From the IMG/VR virus record IMGVR_UViG_3300021961_008157: a DNA stretch of 64,000 nucleotides. The stretch is one strand, 5' to 3'. This document shows, in pieces, positions 29,806 through 39,583 of this stretch (position 1 is the stretch's first letter; the number at the start of each line of letters is the position of its first letter). Origin of the DNA: a virus. The notes beneath the pieces were generated by a model that worked only from the letters and a program-made list of their open reading frames with translations, ran no database searches and was not told the DNA's origin. The position numbers and the translations under genes were made by a program.

Positions 29806-30891
29806 TTAGGCACTGGCTTGCAGAATATACTTACCGTATTTCTGATGGAACTTATCGAAGTTTTTCAGCTTGGTAGGTTGGAACGGCAGTTCATATGTGG
29901 TAAGTGCAATACGAGCACCCATAACTACCAGTTCAGTTTCAAAGTTATTCATCATATATCCCAGGAAATTGTCAGCCATAGCGTGAAATTCTTTGTCAGG
30001 AATTTTACGGGCTACAGCATCTTTGAGCTCGTAGCACATGGAGATCACCAGGCTGTACATGGCACTGACTTCTTTGATTTCCAAGTCCTCAACTTTGCCT
30101 GCCAAAATATCTTCGGGCTTGGGCAGTCGAGAACTAATTTTGCGATGCGCCATAAACTTGACAGCCAGGCCCTCACCTACAGTACCTGCGATCAAGTTGG
30201 TTAACGTTTCGTCGTCGCCGTCATCTGCATACAGCAACTGGCTTACAAAAGTCCACGAACGCGGTGTGGCAAAAGCCCGCGAGCTTGACTTGGCATCAAA
30301 GTCGTACAAGTCTTGTTTGGCAAAACTCAAATAACCCGCTACATCCGGATGGATCTTGTTCTGCACCGCCCACGCCTGATATGATGGGAAATCTACAGCC
30401 ATTTCTTGGTGAATAAAGCGATTGGCCAGCGGCGTGGGCATACGATAAGTTACGCCCTTGTCGCTTTCACGATTGCCAGCAGCCGCAATCACAACATTTT
30501 CTGGCAAAACATATTTGCCCACACGACGATTGAGAATCAGCTGATAAGCCGCGGCTTGCACTGAACCAGCGGCGCTGTTCAACTCATCTAGGAACAGCAC
30601 TACAACTGGATACTCCGCGGCAGTTTCTTCATCGGGCAGGTCAATTGGTGGTGCCCAATCCATTTTGCCAGTTTCTTTGTTGTAGAACGGAATACCGCGA
30701 ATGTCTGTAGGCTCCATTTGACCCAGTCGGCAGTCATACATGATGCCTCCTAGTTCTTCAGTGATGCTGGCTACAAGATCACTTTTGCCAATGCCCGGAG
30801 GACCCCAAAGGAATACGGGACGTTTAACTTTGAATGCTTGGAGTAGACTTTTGCGAGCTTGTCTGGAAGTGACTGTACGAGTGTCGGACAT
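29806..30891 (-). CDS. MoxR-type AAA+ ATPase
   Basis: GPPGIGKS Walker A, LFLDELN Walker B, AAAGN, LANRF. Confidence 0.92.
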   Translation of the reverse strand: MSDTRTVTSRQARKSLLQAFKVKRPVFLWGPPGIGKSDLVASITEELGGIMYDCRLGQMEPTDIRGIPFYNKETGKMDWAPPIDLPDEETAAEYPVVVLFLDELNSAAGSVQAAAYQLILNRRVGKYVLPENVVIAAAGNRESDKGVTYRMPTPLANRFIHQEMAVDFPSYQAWAVQNKIHPDVAGYLSFAKQDLYDFDAKSSSRAFATPRSWTFVSQLLYADDGDDETLTNLIAGTVGEGLAVKFMAHRKISSRLPKPEDILAGKVEDLEIKEVSAMYSLVISMCYELKDAVARKIPDKEFHAMADNFLGYMMNNFETELVVMGARIALTTYELPFQPTKLKNFDKFHQKYGKYILQASA

Positions 30892-30921
30892 GGTAAATCC
30901 CTTTTGTTACGTTATGAGTAT

Positions 30922-30950
30922 ATTATAACAAAACCTGGATTTTGCGTCAA
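30922..30950 (-). promoter_or_regulatory. sigma70-type promoter
   Basis: TTGACG-N17-TATAAT. Confidence 0.75.
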
Positions 30951-30986
30951 ACACTTTTTTAGTGAAAAACTGTTGTTTTTTTGCAA

Positions 30987-31232
30987 CTAACAGCTGATGC
31001 AAAATGTAGAAAAAATAAACGGATTATGTCCAGCATTAGATATTTCTATTACACTAACAGATTTTAAATCAAACAACGAGTTAGAACTAAAACTTGTAAA
31101 TGTATCTTTATTATTAACAACAATTGTAATACCATAATCCCATTCACTAATAGCAGTAAATGTTAAATCGGTGGGCATAACAAAACGTATTTGTTGCATT
31201 TGTCCCGGATAAAGAGTAATATTAGCATCCAT
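30987..31232 (-). CDS. hypothetical protein
   Basis: Last ORF of the AT-rich operon, overlaps the upstream gene. Confidence 0.5.
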   Translation of the reverse strand: MDANITLYPGQMQQIRFVMPTDLTFTAISEWDYGITIVVNNKDTFTSFSSNSLFDLKSVSVIEISNAGHNPFIFSTFCISC

Positions 31233-31908
31233 ATTTTTCGCACCATTCTTGTGTCACAACGCCCGATATCATTAAAAAGATTCTATCATGCTCGGTAAAA
31301 TTATGTCCGTAATGTGGCATAGCATTTTTAAGTATAACAGCATCTCCGGCTTTCCAATTTTTCCATACTTGAGTTCCTAAGCAAAATGCTTGTCCTGGCT
31401 TCCAATCCTCAACTGCAATTAGAATTTTGCGATTTAAATAATCTTTAAGGAATCCCCCACGGCGAACTTTTTCGCCATTGACTAATTCAAAATTGTGATC
31501 CATATGACAGACTGTCATCGAATATGGTGTTTGTACACTAAAACTCATTGACCAGCTCAGAAATCCAAATTTTTTACCCAAATGCCATTGAGAATTTTTG
31601 TCAGACACTTTAGCCAAATAAAATGATTCGTATCCTGCCTTATATCCTGCGTCAACTAAACATTGAACAGTATCTTTAATTTCGTCATACCCTTGCTTAT
31701 CTTCACTTTCCGAAGAAGATTCAAGAACACAACTGTACATATTAACAAAATCTATAGGTACCCACGGAGTTCCGCTATAAACAATACCGCGCCAGTTACC
31801 AATTTCTTCAGGCAATACGCCTGGTATTTTTACCAAGTCTGATTTCCGAAATTGTCGATCGAATTCATAAAAACCGCCGTCTCGACTTTGTTGACTTGCT
31901 ACTTTCAT
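31222..31908 (-). CDS. cupin / Fe(II)-2OG oxygenase-like protein
   Basis: HMD...WKAGD...PHYGHN...DR facial-triad pattern. Confidence 0.6.
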   Translation of the reverse strand: MKVASQQSRDGGFYEFDRQFRKSDLVKIPGVLPEEIGNWRGIVYSGTPWVPIDFVNMYSCVLESSSESEDKQGYDEIKDTVQCLVDAGYKAGYESFYLAKVSDKNSQWHLGKKFGFLSWSMSFSVQTPYSMTVCHMDHNFELVNGEKVRRGGFLKDYLNRKILIAVEDWKPGQAFCLGTQVWKNWKAGDAVILKNAMPHYGHNFTEHDRIFLMISGVVTQEWCEKYGC

Positions 31909-31909
31909 A

Positions 31910-33052
31910 TTATTTAATTCCTTTTATTTTGTGTTTTTTTGACATAATATTGTAATATGTTTGTATCGGTTGTTTGTCGGAAGACAGTAACTTGTGGCGT
32001 GTCATATATGATAATAAGGTCTGATCAGTTTGCAATACATGCCACCCACCAACATAATTTTTAAATGCATCAGACTGGCTTTTAAAACCTTTTGCTAATG
32101 TACTACCTGACTGACTGCTTCTTAGTTGAGCAATGATACTTTGAGGTACTTCTTTTGTAAAATTAATTGACTTCAATATTTCTCTATGAAATCTTGTTGA
32201 CTTTTTTTCTGCTAAACTACTACCGTACAATATAACGGGTTCTGGATCTCTTCCTTGGACGGCGCATTTTAAATAATAGTTATCGAATTTTTCTAATTCG
32301 TTTAACGATGTTCCTGTTTGCAAACAATAATTTAGCATCATGTGACATTGTTTGGCGTGTAATTCTGGCAAATCCGGTGATACAAAAAAGAATTCCATTT
32401 CTGGACGCATCATTACAACTCCAAATGTGCCATCAAGAAAAGTAAAATAATACCCATCATTTTCTTTAATTAAATATGGTTTTTCATGCCCAGTGACTAC
32501 ACAATAGTTATTGTTGCTAAACAAACGACTAATAATGGTTTGATCTAGCAGCGGGCAATTATATTTAAAATGAGAGCTAAGATTTTTAGTTACTAAAAAA
32601 TCTTCGGATGTTACTTGTGTTTCGAACTCTTTTATACTAACGTCGTCAAATGCAGACTTAGTAACAATTTTTGTAGTTTTGTCTGGATGATTTTGAATCA
32701 ACCAATTTACAATGTCTTTTGACATGTATTCTGGATTACTGTTACCTGAATAAGAAACATAAATTTCGTCGATATGTATATTATTGCGCAAGAAAGTATT
32801 ATAAACAGTAATCGAATCTGTGCCGCCACTAAATGCCAAAACAAGTTTAGAATACTTGTTTCTTAATTGGTGAGCTCGTTTGTCACAAAGTGACTGAAAA
32901 CTTTCTAGCGGCTCAACAGTCCAATTAATAGTGGAAAATACATCGTCATAAAAATCAAACTTTGGAAATGTATGAGTTTCGTATATAGAGGCGTGTAGAA
33001 ATGTTGCATATGGATTTGCAAATTTAACGCCATTGACATTATAGTAGACCAT
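31910..33052 (-). CDS. PP-loop (adenine nucleotide alpha hydrolase) protein
   Basis: LVLAFSGGTDS, VTGHEKP. Confidence 0.7.
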   Translation of the reverse strand: MVYYNVNGVKFANPYATFLHASIYETHTFPKFDFYDDVFSTINWTVEPLESFQSLCDKRAHQLRNKYSKLVLAFSGGTDSITVYNTFLRNNIHIDEIYVSYSGNSNPEYMSKDIVNWLIQNHPDKTTKIVTKSAFDDVSIKEFETQVTSEDFLVTKNLSSHFKYNCPLLDQTIISRLFSNNNYCVVTGHEKPYLIKENDGYYFTFLDGTFGVVMMRPEMEFFFVSPDLPELHAKQCHMMLNYCLQTGTSLNELEKFDNYYLKCAVQGRDPEPVILYGSSLAEKKSTRFHREILKSINFTKEVPQSIIAQLRSSQSGSTLAKGFKSQSDAFKNYVGGWHVLQTDQTLLSYMTRHKLLSSDKQPIQTYYNIMSKKHKIKGIK

Positions 33053-33086
33053 TTCTAATTATTTTTAGTATTTTGACTTTAATGAA

Positions 33087-34724
33087 TTAACTATTGAAAA
33101 TAGCCTTATTTAAAAATTTTGTTTGATCTGAATAATTAGCATCTAATACTATTTTTTGTTTTAAAAAATAAGAAAGTTCCTTAACAAAATTATCTGTTGT
33201 CATCAATGAAGCATAAAAATAGATATGTGGCAAACACAAAATGGTCTCGTCGATACCAAAAAGAGGAATATTTAATCTAGAGCCTTTGTACTCTTTGTAT
33301 TGTTGATTCACATAATTAAAAGCATTTTTAAATATGGTGTGTGATGTTTTGTACTTTTCGTTAACAAATAAATTATAATACATGTCTATATAGTTTTTGT
33401 CAAGCACATTTATTCTTGACAAGAATCTGCACATCCCAGAAAATATAATCATATGGGAAATGTCTTCTCGAGTGGCCGAATTGGTTGCGACAACAGTATC
33501 TACATTATACTCGCTATTATTTGCAATATTATTAAGATTTAAATTTTTTATTTTATTTTGATCAGAAAAATAAGCAGGAAATGTTACTGCTTTCTCGCTT
33601 TCAATTTGCAATCCGTATTTTTGTATATAAGTTGGATCGCTCATTTCGGTATTAGGTAAAATCTGACATACACTAATAACGTCTGGTAATTCTAAGTGCC
33701 AATCCATAAAACTTTGTAATTGATTAAAAAAGGTTTCTCTGGTTTGCATCGGTAACCCAATAATTAAATCTAGTCGTAGCGGCACCTCAAGTTCTTTTTT
33801 AAATTTCCCAAATGCTTTCCTCCATGGTATTGTTTCGGCACGTTTAATTGCTACTCCGACTTTGTTATCAATGTCTTGTACTCCATACTTGAATCTATCA
33901 ACAAGTGGTCCAAAAATTTTAGCAATTTCAAAACATTTTTCTTTGTTATTTTTAGCCCAACTTACATCAACAGACTGCAATTCTTTTCTTTTATTTTGCG
34001 CAATATGTCTTGCAATTTCTATGTCATCGCGTGATATGCCAAAATTAGCGTCGGCTATTCTTAATATGTTTATCGAACTATTCAATAATATATCTAATTC
34101 TTGTTTTACAGTTGAAAGCAACTTAAATCTCATTTTTTGTCGATTACTATCACCCCATGAACAAAATGTGCAACCATACGGACAACCTCTGTTTGTCTCG
34201 TAAACATAGACAATACTTTCTTGTTCCTCTTTTTTTACTGCTAGCGAGTTAATCAACTCTTGTATTTCAGCGGCGTTGTCCAAAACTGAACTTGATCCCC
34301 ACTCTTTTAAATAATTTGTCACCAGTTTATCTTTAATTTCGCCATCTACTATCTTTGCGAAAATGGTCTCGGGGTCACCAATTACACATGTATCAAAAAG
34401 AGGATCTTCGGCCCATAAAGCAGTTACTTGATAACCACCAGCAATAATTTTACAATTTGGCCACGTTTCTTTTACTTTTTTTGATAAAGATAAGTGATGT
34501 TCTTCGTTCCAAGAATAAACGCTAATAACAAAATAGTCAAGTTGACCGTGCTTTTTTAAATATTCAAAGCACTGGTCAACAGGTGTGTCTCGAACAATTG
34601 GCGTTATCCACTCAAGTTCTTGTTTTCCATATTTTTTGTAATCAGATTTTAGTAAAAAATAAATTGATGGTATATGAATGGAGAAACCCGGATGACTTGG
34701 ATTATGAACGTATATTTTTTTCAT
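33087..34724 (-). CDS. B12-binding radical SAM enzyme
   Basis: N-terminal ISVYSWN...IIAGG B12-binding domain, ETNRGCPYGCTFC, DANFG, LIIGLP. Confidence 0.85.
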   Translation of the reverse strand: MKKIYVHNPSHPGFSIHIPSIYFLLKSDYKKYGKQELEWITPIVRDTPVDQCFEYLKKHGQLDYFVISVYSWNEEHHLSLSKKVKETWPNCKIIAGGYQVTALWAEDPLFDTCVIGDPETIFAKIVDGEIKDKLVTNYLKEWGSSSVLDNAAEIQELINSLAVKKEEQESIVYVYETNRGCPYGCTFCSWGDSNRQKMRFKLLSTVKQELDILLNSSINILRIADANFGISRDDIEIARHIAQNKRKELQSVDVSWAKNNKEKCFEIAKIFGPLVDRFKYGVQDIDNKVGVAIKRAETIPWRKAFGKFKKELEVPLRLDLIIGLPMQTRETFFNQLQSFMDWHLELPDVISVCQILPNTEMSDPTYIQKYGLQIESEKAVTFPAYFSDQNKIKNLNLNNIANNSEYNVDTVVATNSATREDISHMIIFSGMCRFLSRINVLDKNYIDMYYNLFVNEKYKTSHTIFKNAFNYVNQQYKEYKGSRLNIPLFGIDETILCLPHIYFYASLMTTDNFVKELSYFLKQKIVLDANYSDQTKFLNKAIFNS

Positions 34725-34767
34725 TATTACACTATTTACTCGTCCCGGGCATTTCTACAATATAAGA

Positions 34768-35571
34768 TTATTGACCCAGACCTAGATGCGCAGTCGACGT
34801 CCTTTTGACAAGAAATTCTTTGAAAGCATTTGATTTCAAAATATCTGTTAACGCAGGCAACGTATCCTTGGATAAGGTGCCCATTGACCATAGATCAATG
34901 GTTATATAGCGTTCGTTGTTTTTAGAAGGCCCTGCTAGGAATGGTAAATTATAATGATTTTTCACAGACGACGCTGCTATACATTTGCTACCAGCACTGA
35001 TAACATTTTCAACTCCGTTGGCAATAAAGATCATGTCAACGTCGGTTCCAGCAATTGCAGCAGCCCTTGCAGCACTAAGAGCAGCATATGGAATAGCGCG
35101 AACATTTAATTTCAATGAACTGTTATTCATAAGATCATTCCACTGTGATACTGAGCCTACTGACATAGCTACTTTATAAGTTTGCGAGCCGTTAAGAGTT
35201 GACAATGTAATGTTTGTTTTTGATGGGGCGGTGCACAAATAAAGTGTTGTGCTTGCCAGATTAGTAAGAAATTTAAATGTAGGATAATCTTTCTGTGCAG
35301 GACAACGTGCTGCTGTGTCTTGAAAAATATCGCCCCCGGCCATAACAACAAATGCATTTTGTTGAGTTTTTGCATTTGCCAGTGCATCGTGACAGGATTT
35401 AAAAAACTCTTGTTTGACTGTGTGTCCCTTGCTCCGCAGCCCTTCGACTAACGGCACTGACCATAATTCAGTGCCACCACCGGGCGGATAATAGTAATTA
35501 AAGTGATAAGATTCGGCTGCTGCTGTAACTGATGCAACAGTAAATATAATTGCTGTAAAAAACTTATTCAT
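34768..35571 (-). CDS. TctC/Bug-like periplasmic substrate-binding protein
   Basis: Signal peptide, YPPGGGTE motif, IPY...A.AA.IAG.DVD; adjacent to a TctA-like gene. Confidence 0.6.
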   Translation of the reverse strand: MNKFFTAIIFTVASVTAAAESYHFNYYYPPGGGTELWSVPLVEGLRSKGHTVKQEFFKSCHDALANAKTQQNAFVVMAGGDIFQDTAARCPAQKDYPTFKFLTNLASTTLYLCTAPSKTNITLSTLNGSQTYKVAMSVGSVSQWNDLMNNSSLKLNVRAIPYAALSAARAAAIAGTDVDMIFIANGVENVISAGSKCIAASSVKNHYNLPFLAGPSKNNERYITIDLWSMGTLSKDTLPALTDILKSNAFKEFLVKRTSTAHLGLGQ

Positions 35572-35580
35572 GATTTCTCC

Positions 35581-36906
35581 TTAAAAGTTGAGTAATAAAA
35601 ATCGGAAAATTTCCGATGATACTGATGTTGATAAAAGCATACCAAATATCAGTGCAACGCGAACTGAAAATTCTTTTATAAAAAAACCAGTTAACATTGA
35701 GATCCCAGTTAAGAACAAGTACAAGCCTAGTTGATGGTTGGCTATTCCTTCTGACACGCACACCGCTATGCTTAATGCAATTAATATAGGATAAATTATT
35801 TTGTTTAAATGGATGTATATTGAAACCATGCTTTGGTAAAAAATTCCAGCAATAATCCAATTAACTATATTAGACAGAATCAGTATCAAAATCAATGTGC
35901 TGGACATTGATGCTATAAAATCAAAACTGGTAGAAAGTCCAAAACCATTACGTTCGGCCAACGCCATGATCACTGCTTCTGATGGAATAATGGGCAGCAC
36001 TAAAAATATCAACGGTATCAATACAGTGATAGAAGCTGAATTGTTGGCAGCTTCTGCAGAAATTACTATTTTTTGATTGTTGTTATTGATCTTTTTCTCA
36101 ACTACTGCTGCAACCATCGATGATATTGATGTTCCTACCATTGGCACTAGCCCCATTATTGCACCTATCAATGAGCCGCGCAATGATGACAACACCGGTG
36201 GGAATTTTAATAAATTTTGGAGGCGCGTTCTAAAACCAAAGTCATTCAAATTAATAACAGGAACAGGTAATGTACGCCTTGCATAACTAAAAATTTCCGG
36301 CAACATTAAAAATCCAATGAATACTGGTAAAAATGGAATTCCACTGGGCAAAAAATTTGCCGTGGATAAAAAATATTCTTGTCTTAAAACGTCATATCCA
36401 ATATGTCCAATTATTAGTCCTGTAATTGCAAATGTTAGTGCCAACACCTTTTGTTTGCTTGTAATACTAACTAGCACAATAATCATTGTTAGCAATATTA
36501 ACCTTGGATTGTTGTTAAGAAAGTATTTCATAAAATCAGTATACCGCGTGGCTGCATAAAAAATTAGCACACCAAAAATAGCTGCTATTAAGCTAGATGT
36601 GGCTGTGTTGCTTAATAATTCTGCACCACGACCCTGTCTAAACTCATCATGGCCGTGCTGGACTGCTGGTATACCTGTAATTTCCCCGGCTATACCATAC
36701 ACAATAGATGGTATGCTGCTGTAATACTGTACAGAAGACATCATTACAGAATAAAATACAAACAGTTCAACAACCGGCAATCCGATCAAAATAGGATATA
36801 AAATTAGTATTCCGGAAGCAGGGCCCACTCCCGGAAATATCCCGATTGCAATACCACTGACTATACCAAGCAGTATGACTGGCAACAAATATAATAACTC
36901 ACTCAT
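35581..36906 (-). CDS. TctA-like tripartite tricarboxylate transporter permease
   Basis: Polytopic; GIFPGVG, GLVPMVG, AEAANNSA. Confidence 0.8.
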   Translation of the reverse strand: MSELLYLLPVILLGIVSGIAIGIFPGVGPASGILILYPILIGLPVVELFVFYSVMMSSVQYYSSIPSIVYGIAGEITGIPAVQHGHDEFRQGRGAELLSNTATSSLIAAIFGVLIFYAATRYTDFMKYFLNNNPRLILLTMIIVLVSITSKQKVLALTFAITGLIIGHIGYDVLRQEYFLSTANFLPSGIPFLPVFIGFLMLPEIFSYARRTLPVPVINLNDFGFRTRLQNLLKFPPVLSSLRGSLIGAIMGLVPMVGTSISSMVAAVVEKKINNNNQKIVISAEAANNSASITVLIPLIFLVLPIIPSEAVIMALAERNGFGLSTSFDFIASMSSTLILILILSNIVNWIIAGIFYQSMVSIYIHLNKIIYPILIALSIAVCVSEGIANHQLGLYLFLTGISMLTGFFIKEFSVRVALIFGMLLSTSVSSEIFRFLLLNF

Positions 36907-37024
36907 TTAAGCAACTGGTCCAAGATATCAAAATTAAAACGATGATCGTAATAAACTATCGTAACTTTACTTGTATTTGGGTTTGCTTGTAGAAGAACTC
37001 TACTTACGGTCGGCGTTCTGTTAT

Positions 37025-37054
37025 ATTATAACAGTAAAGACATCACTATGTCAA
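37025..37054 (-). promoter_or_regulatory. sigma70-type promoter with extended -10
   Basis: TTGACA-N18-TATAAT with TG upstream of -10. Confidence 0.65.
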
Positions 37055-37114
37055 GCGTCAATTGATATTCCGACGTCCAATGGCTGGGCGTTGCATCTTT
37101 ATTTATCTTTTGAT

Positions 37115-37188
37115 TGGAGCGGGGTAAGAGAATCGAACTCTCAGCATGAGCTTGGAAGGCTCAGGTATTACCACTATACGAACCCCGC
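37115..37188 (-). tRNA. tRNA-Gly(TCC)
   Basis: Cloverleaf, loop CTTCCAA, encoded CCA. Confidence 0.95.
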
Positions 37189-37197
37189 AGTTAACAT

Positions 37198-37273
37198 TGG
37201 TGGATCGTGAGAGGCTCGAACTCCCGCCATTCTGCGTGTAAGGCAGACACTCTACCAACTGAGTTAACGATCC
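37198..37273 (-). tRNA. tRNA-Val(TAC)
   Basis: Cloverleaf, loop CTTACAC, CCA. Confidence 0.95.
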
Positions 37274-37280
37274 TATTATA

Positions 37281-37354
37281 TGGTGCCCCGCCACAGAATC
37301 GAACTGCGAGCCTCGGATTACAAAACCGATGTTTTACCATTAAACTAGCAGGGC
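37281..37354 (-). tRNA. tRNA-Thr(TGT)
   Basis: Cloverleaf, loop TTTGTAA, CCA. Confidence 0.93.
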
Positions 37355-37424
37355 TACTTCTATTTATTGCCTATATTTTCGCCAATAAATTTTGGTGTCT
37401 TCAGAACTGACGTTTTGAATATTT

Positions 37425-39080
37425 TTATTTCAATAAAATCTTAGAGACTAGGACTTGTCCAAAAGTTTCAAATCCTTGATATAATTCTGCATCACAATTG
37501 ATACCTAGTCGATCATAAAGTTTAGTTTTGTATTCAATAGCTCGGACGATTTTCAATCTATCTAGCTTGTTCCAATCTATTTCGCCAAAAGATTTGTTTA
37601 ATACTTGACTCATATCGGCGCCAGCCCCGGCAAAATAAAAAGCAGATTGTCCAGTTACTTTACGGATTTTGTGTTTTTGTCGATAATCATGTAAATCTCC
37701 TACCATCTTTTCTACTTCTAGTCGGTTGGTATGTTCGTTCTCCCAAATCATAGTCCCGGCATGCCGAGAAACTGCGTAAATGTTCTTGTTATCGTTAGAT
37801 GATTGATCGATTTCTCGATATCCATACTTGGTATAATTTTTATCGATATCGCTGAGAAATTGATTATTAAAAGAATGATTACTAGGTTTAATATGAAGGG
37901 CATATACCTCCCATGAATCCAACGGATTATTTTCGCTGAGCAAAAATTGCTCAGTTTGTTTCATGCTTTCTATGCTTTCGTATGGGAGTCCAAAGATAAA
38001 ACTTCCATGAAGACTGACTTGATCTCCGTACGTGTCTTTTATCTTCTGTATTGTGGCGATCAGTTTTTCTCGGTTGCCGCCCTTACCAATAGCAGCAGCT
38101 GATTTAGAATTGAAAGTTTCTATACCAAAATGTGCTGCTCGCAGCCCACTTTTAAAAAGATAATCAATGGTTTCGGGGTGTGCTGCTAACAGATCTAAAC
38201 GGATATATCCCCACCATTCCAAATCAAAAGGCAAGGACTGGGAAAGTTCATACAGCATCTTGCACTTTTCTGGACTGTCGTTAACTGTATCATCACAAAA
38301 AACATATCTAGTGACTCCAAACTTTTCATAGTTATCTATTAGTTCTTGTTGTAGAAGATCAGTACTCCTGACAAAATCCATCTTTTTCTTTCCATTCAAA
38401 GGAAAACTACAAAAGCTACAGTTAAAGATGCAACCTCTGGCTATCTCTATCATGAGTGTTTCGCCTGAGAATATAACATCGTAATCTTCATAATTCATTG
38501 AACAAGAACTAAAATTGTATCCTTGTGCTTTACTGTCGTCGATGATTATAGGTCCAAATATACTCCGATAGCTTTGTTTTAATTGGACAGAAGGATCTAT
38601 CAAATGATTTGCCAAATTTACTATACTCATTTCGGCATAACCTAATACTATATAATCAAAAAATTTATTGTGAGAATTGTCAGATGCAGCAGGCCCTCCT
38701 AGGACTAATCGACAGCGAGGATTTTTCGATTTTATAAAATTTTTTATTGGTTGATTTTTATCAAGGCCATGAGGAATGATCATTCCTGGACTACTGTTTT
38801 TGAGCACCGCTCCGCCATCACTTGTTTGCGTTGCTGTGCTAATGTCTGCATAATAGAAATTATTAACTCCAACAAATAGTGTTTTATCAGATATTAAAGT
38901 ATCTAGTATCTTGAAGATTTCTGTGACAGAAAAAATTGATAAATGATGTATGACTGCTACTTGTATACCATGTTGTCTTAGTGTATGGGCTACTTTATAG
39001 ATGCCATAACTTTTTTTCAAACTAATAATATCTGTATTATCAGCAAACAAAATTACATTAGGTTTGGTATTGTCAAACAT
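37425..39080 (-). CDS. B12-binding-type radical SAM enzyme
   Basis: LVLGGP...GYAE, EIARGCIFNCSFC, DDTVND, FGIETF, FIFGLP. Confidence 0.85.
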   Translation of the reverse strand: MFDNTKPNVILFADNTDIISLKKSYGIYKVAHTLRQHGIQVAVIHHLSIFSVTEIFKILDTLISDKTLFVGVNNFYYADISTATQTSDGGAVLKNSSPGMIIPHGLDKNQPIKNFIKSKNPRCRLVLGGPAASDNSHNKFFDYIVLGYAEMSIVNLANHLIDPSVQLKQSYRSIFGPIIIDDSKAQGYNFSSCSMNYEDYDVIFSGETLMIEIARGCIFNCSFCSFPLNGKKKMDFVRSTDLLQQELIDNYEKFGVTRYVFCDDTVNDSPEKCKMLYELSQSLPFDLEWWGYIRLDLLAAHPETIDYLFKSGLRAAHFGIETFNSKSAAAIGKGGNREKLIATIQKIKDTYGDQVSLHGSFIFGLPYESIESMKQTEQFLLSENNPLDSWEVYALHIKPSNHSFNNQFLSDIDKNYTKYGYREIDQSSNDNKNIYAVSRHAGTMIWENEHTNRLEVEKMVGDLHDYRQKHKIRKVTGQSAFYFAGAGADMSQVLNKSFGEIDWNKLDRLKIVRAIEYKTKLYDRLGINCDAELYQGFETFGQVLVSKILLK

Positions 39081-39119
39081 ATGATGTATTTAAAAGTTTT
39101 AAAATAAAACTTTATATAT

Positions 39120-39211
39120 TGGTACCAGCGGAGGGGATCGAACCCTCTCAAGAACGCTAATCTGGCGCTAAAAGTCTTATAAGGACTCTCTGACTACCAA
39201 GTCTCGCTGGC
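39120..39211 (-). tRNA. non-canonical tRNA with TAT anticodon (nominal Ile, AUA)
   Basis: 7-bp acceptor, GAGGG-TTCGATC-CCCTC T arm, loop CTTATAA, tetraloop D arm, long variable arm, CCA. Confidence 0.8.
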
Positions 39212-39220
39212 ATTAAATTT

Positions 39221-39501
39221 TGGTGCGACTGGCCAGAATCGAACTGGCATGACTTGCGTCGAGGGATTTTCTTACCACTATAGTTTTCACTACCCTTTCG
39301 GTTTGTGGTCTGGACTATACCTTAACCATTGCTTTCGCTTTAGGTCCCCGCCGTCTAGTCTCTACACGTTCCCTTTTGGGTTTCGCTCGGTATTAGCATT
39401 TTACAGCCTTCACCGAATTTGACGGGTTCTACTCCTACCGTTTCCAGTAGGGCACTCAAATTTTCTAAGTCCCTTGTGTCTACCGATTTCACCACAGTCG
39501 C
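39221..39501 (-). tRNA. trnL: tRNA-Leu(TAA) split by a group I intron (exons 39467-39501 and 39221-39270)
   Basis: Joined exons give an 85-nt type II tRNA with AGGGA-CTTAAAA-TCCCT anticodon arm and CCA. Confidence 0.93.
39271..39466 (-). ncRNA. group I self-splicing intron (trnL-UAA type), 196 nt
   Basis: U.G splice pair in P1 (ACUU/GAGU), P AAATTCGGTGAA, Q AATACCGAGC, R GTGTAGAGACTAGACGG, S AAGGTATAGTCC, terminal G. Confidence 0.93.
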
Positions 39502-39513
39502 ATTATGTGTTCT

Positions 39514-39542
39514 ATTATAGTACACTATTAATTAAATGTCAA
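39514..39542 (-). promoter_or_regulatory. sigma70 promoter of tRNA-Leu/UAU-tRNA unit
   Basis: TTGACA-N17-TATAAT. Confidence 0.8.
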
Positions 39543-39543
39543 C

Positions 39544-39567
39544 AAAAAAGGCTCCGAAGAGCCTTTT
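39544..39567 (-). terminator. intrinsic terminator after porin gene
   Basis: AAAAGGCTC-TTCG-GAGCCTTTTTT. Confidence 0.85.
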
Positions 39568-39583
39568 ATCTAATTATTAAAAA

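Noticed and set aside
36903-37025. Open frame upstream of tctA that could be a tctB
   Set aside because: No start codon after the in-frame TAA and no TM segments; treated as a 5' leader.
36971-37410. ORF-track ORFs 36971..37210, 37103..37294 and 37207..37410
   Set aside because: They overlap three clear tRNA genes.
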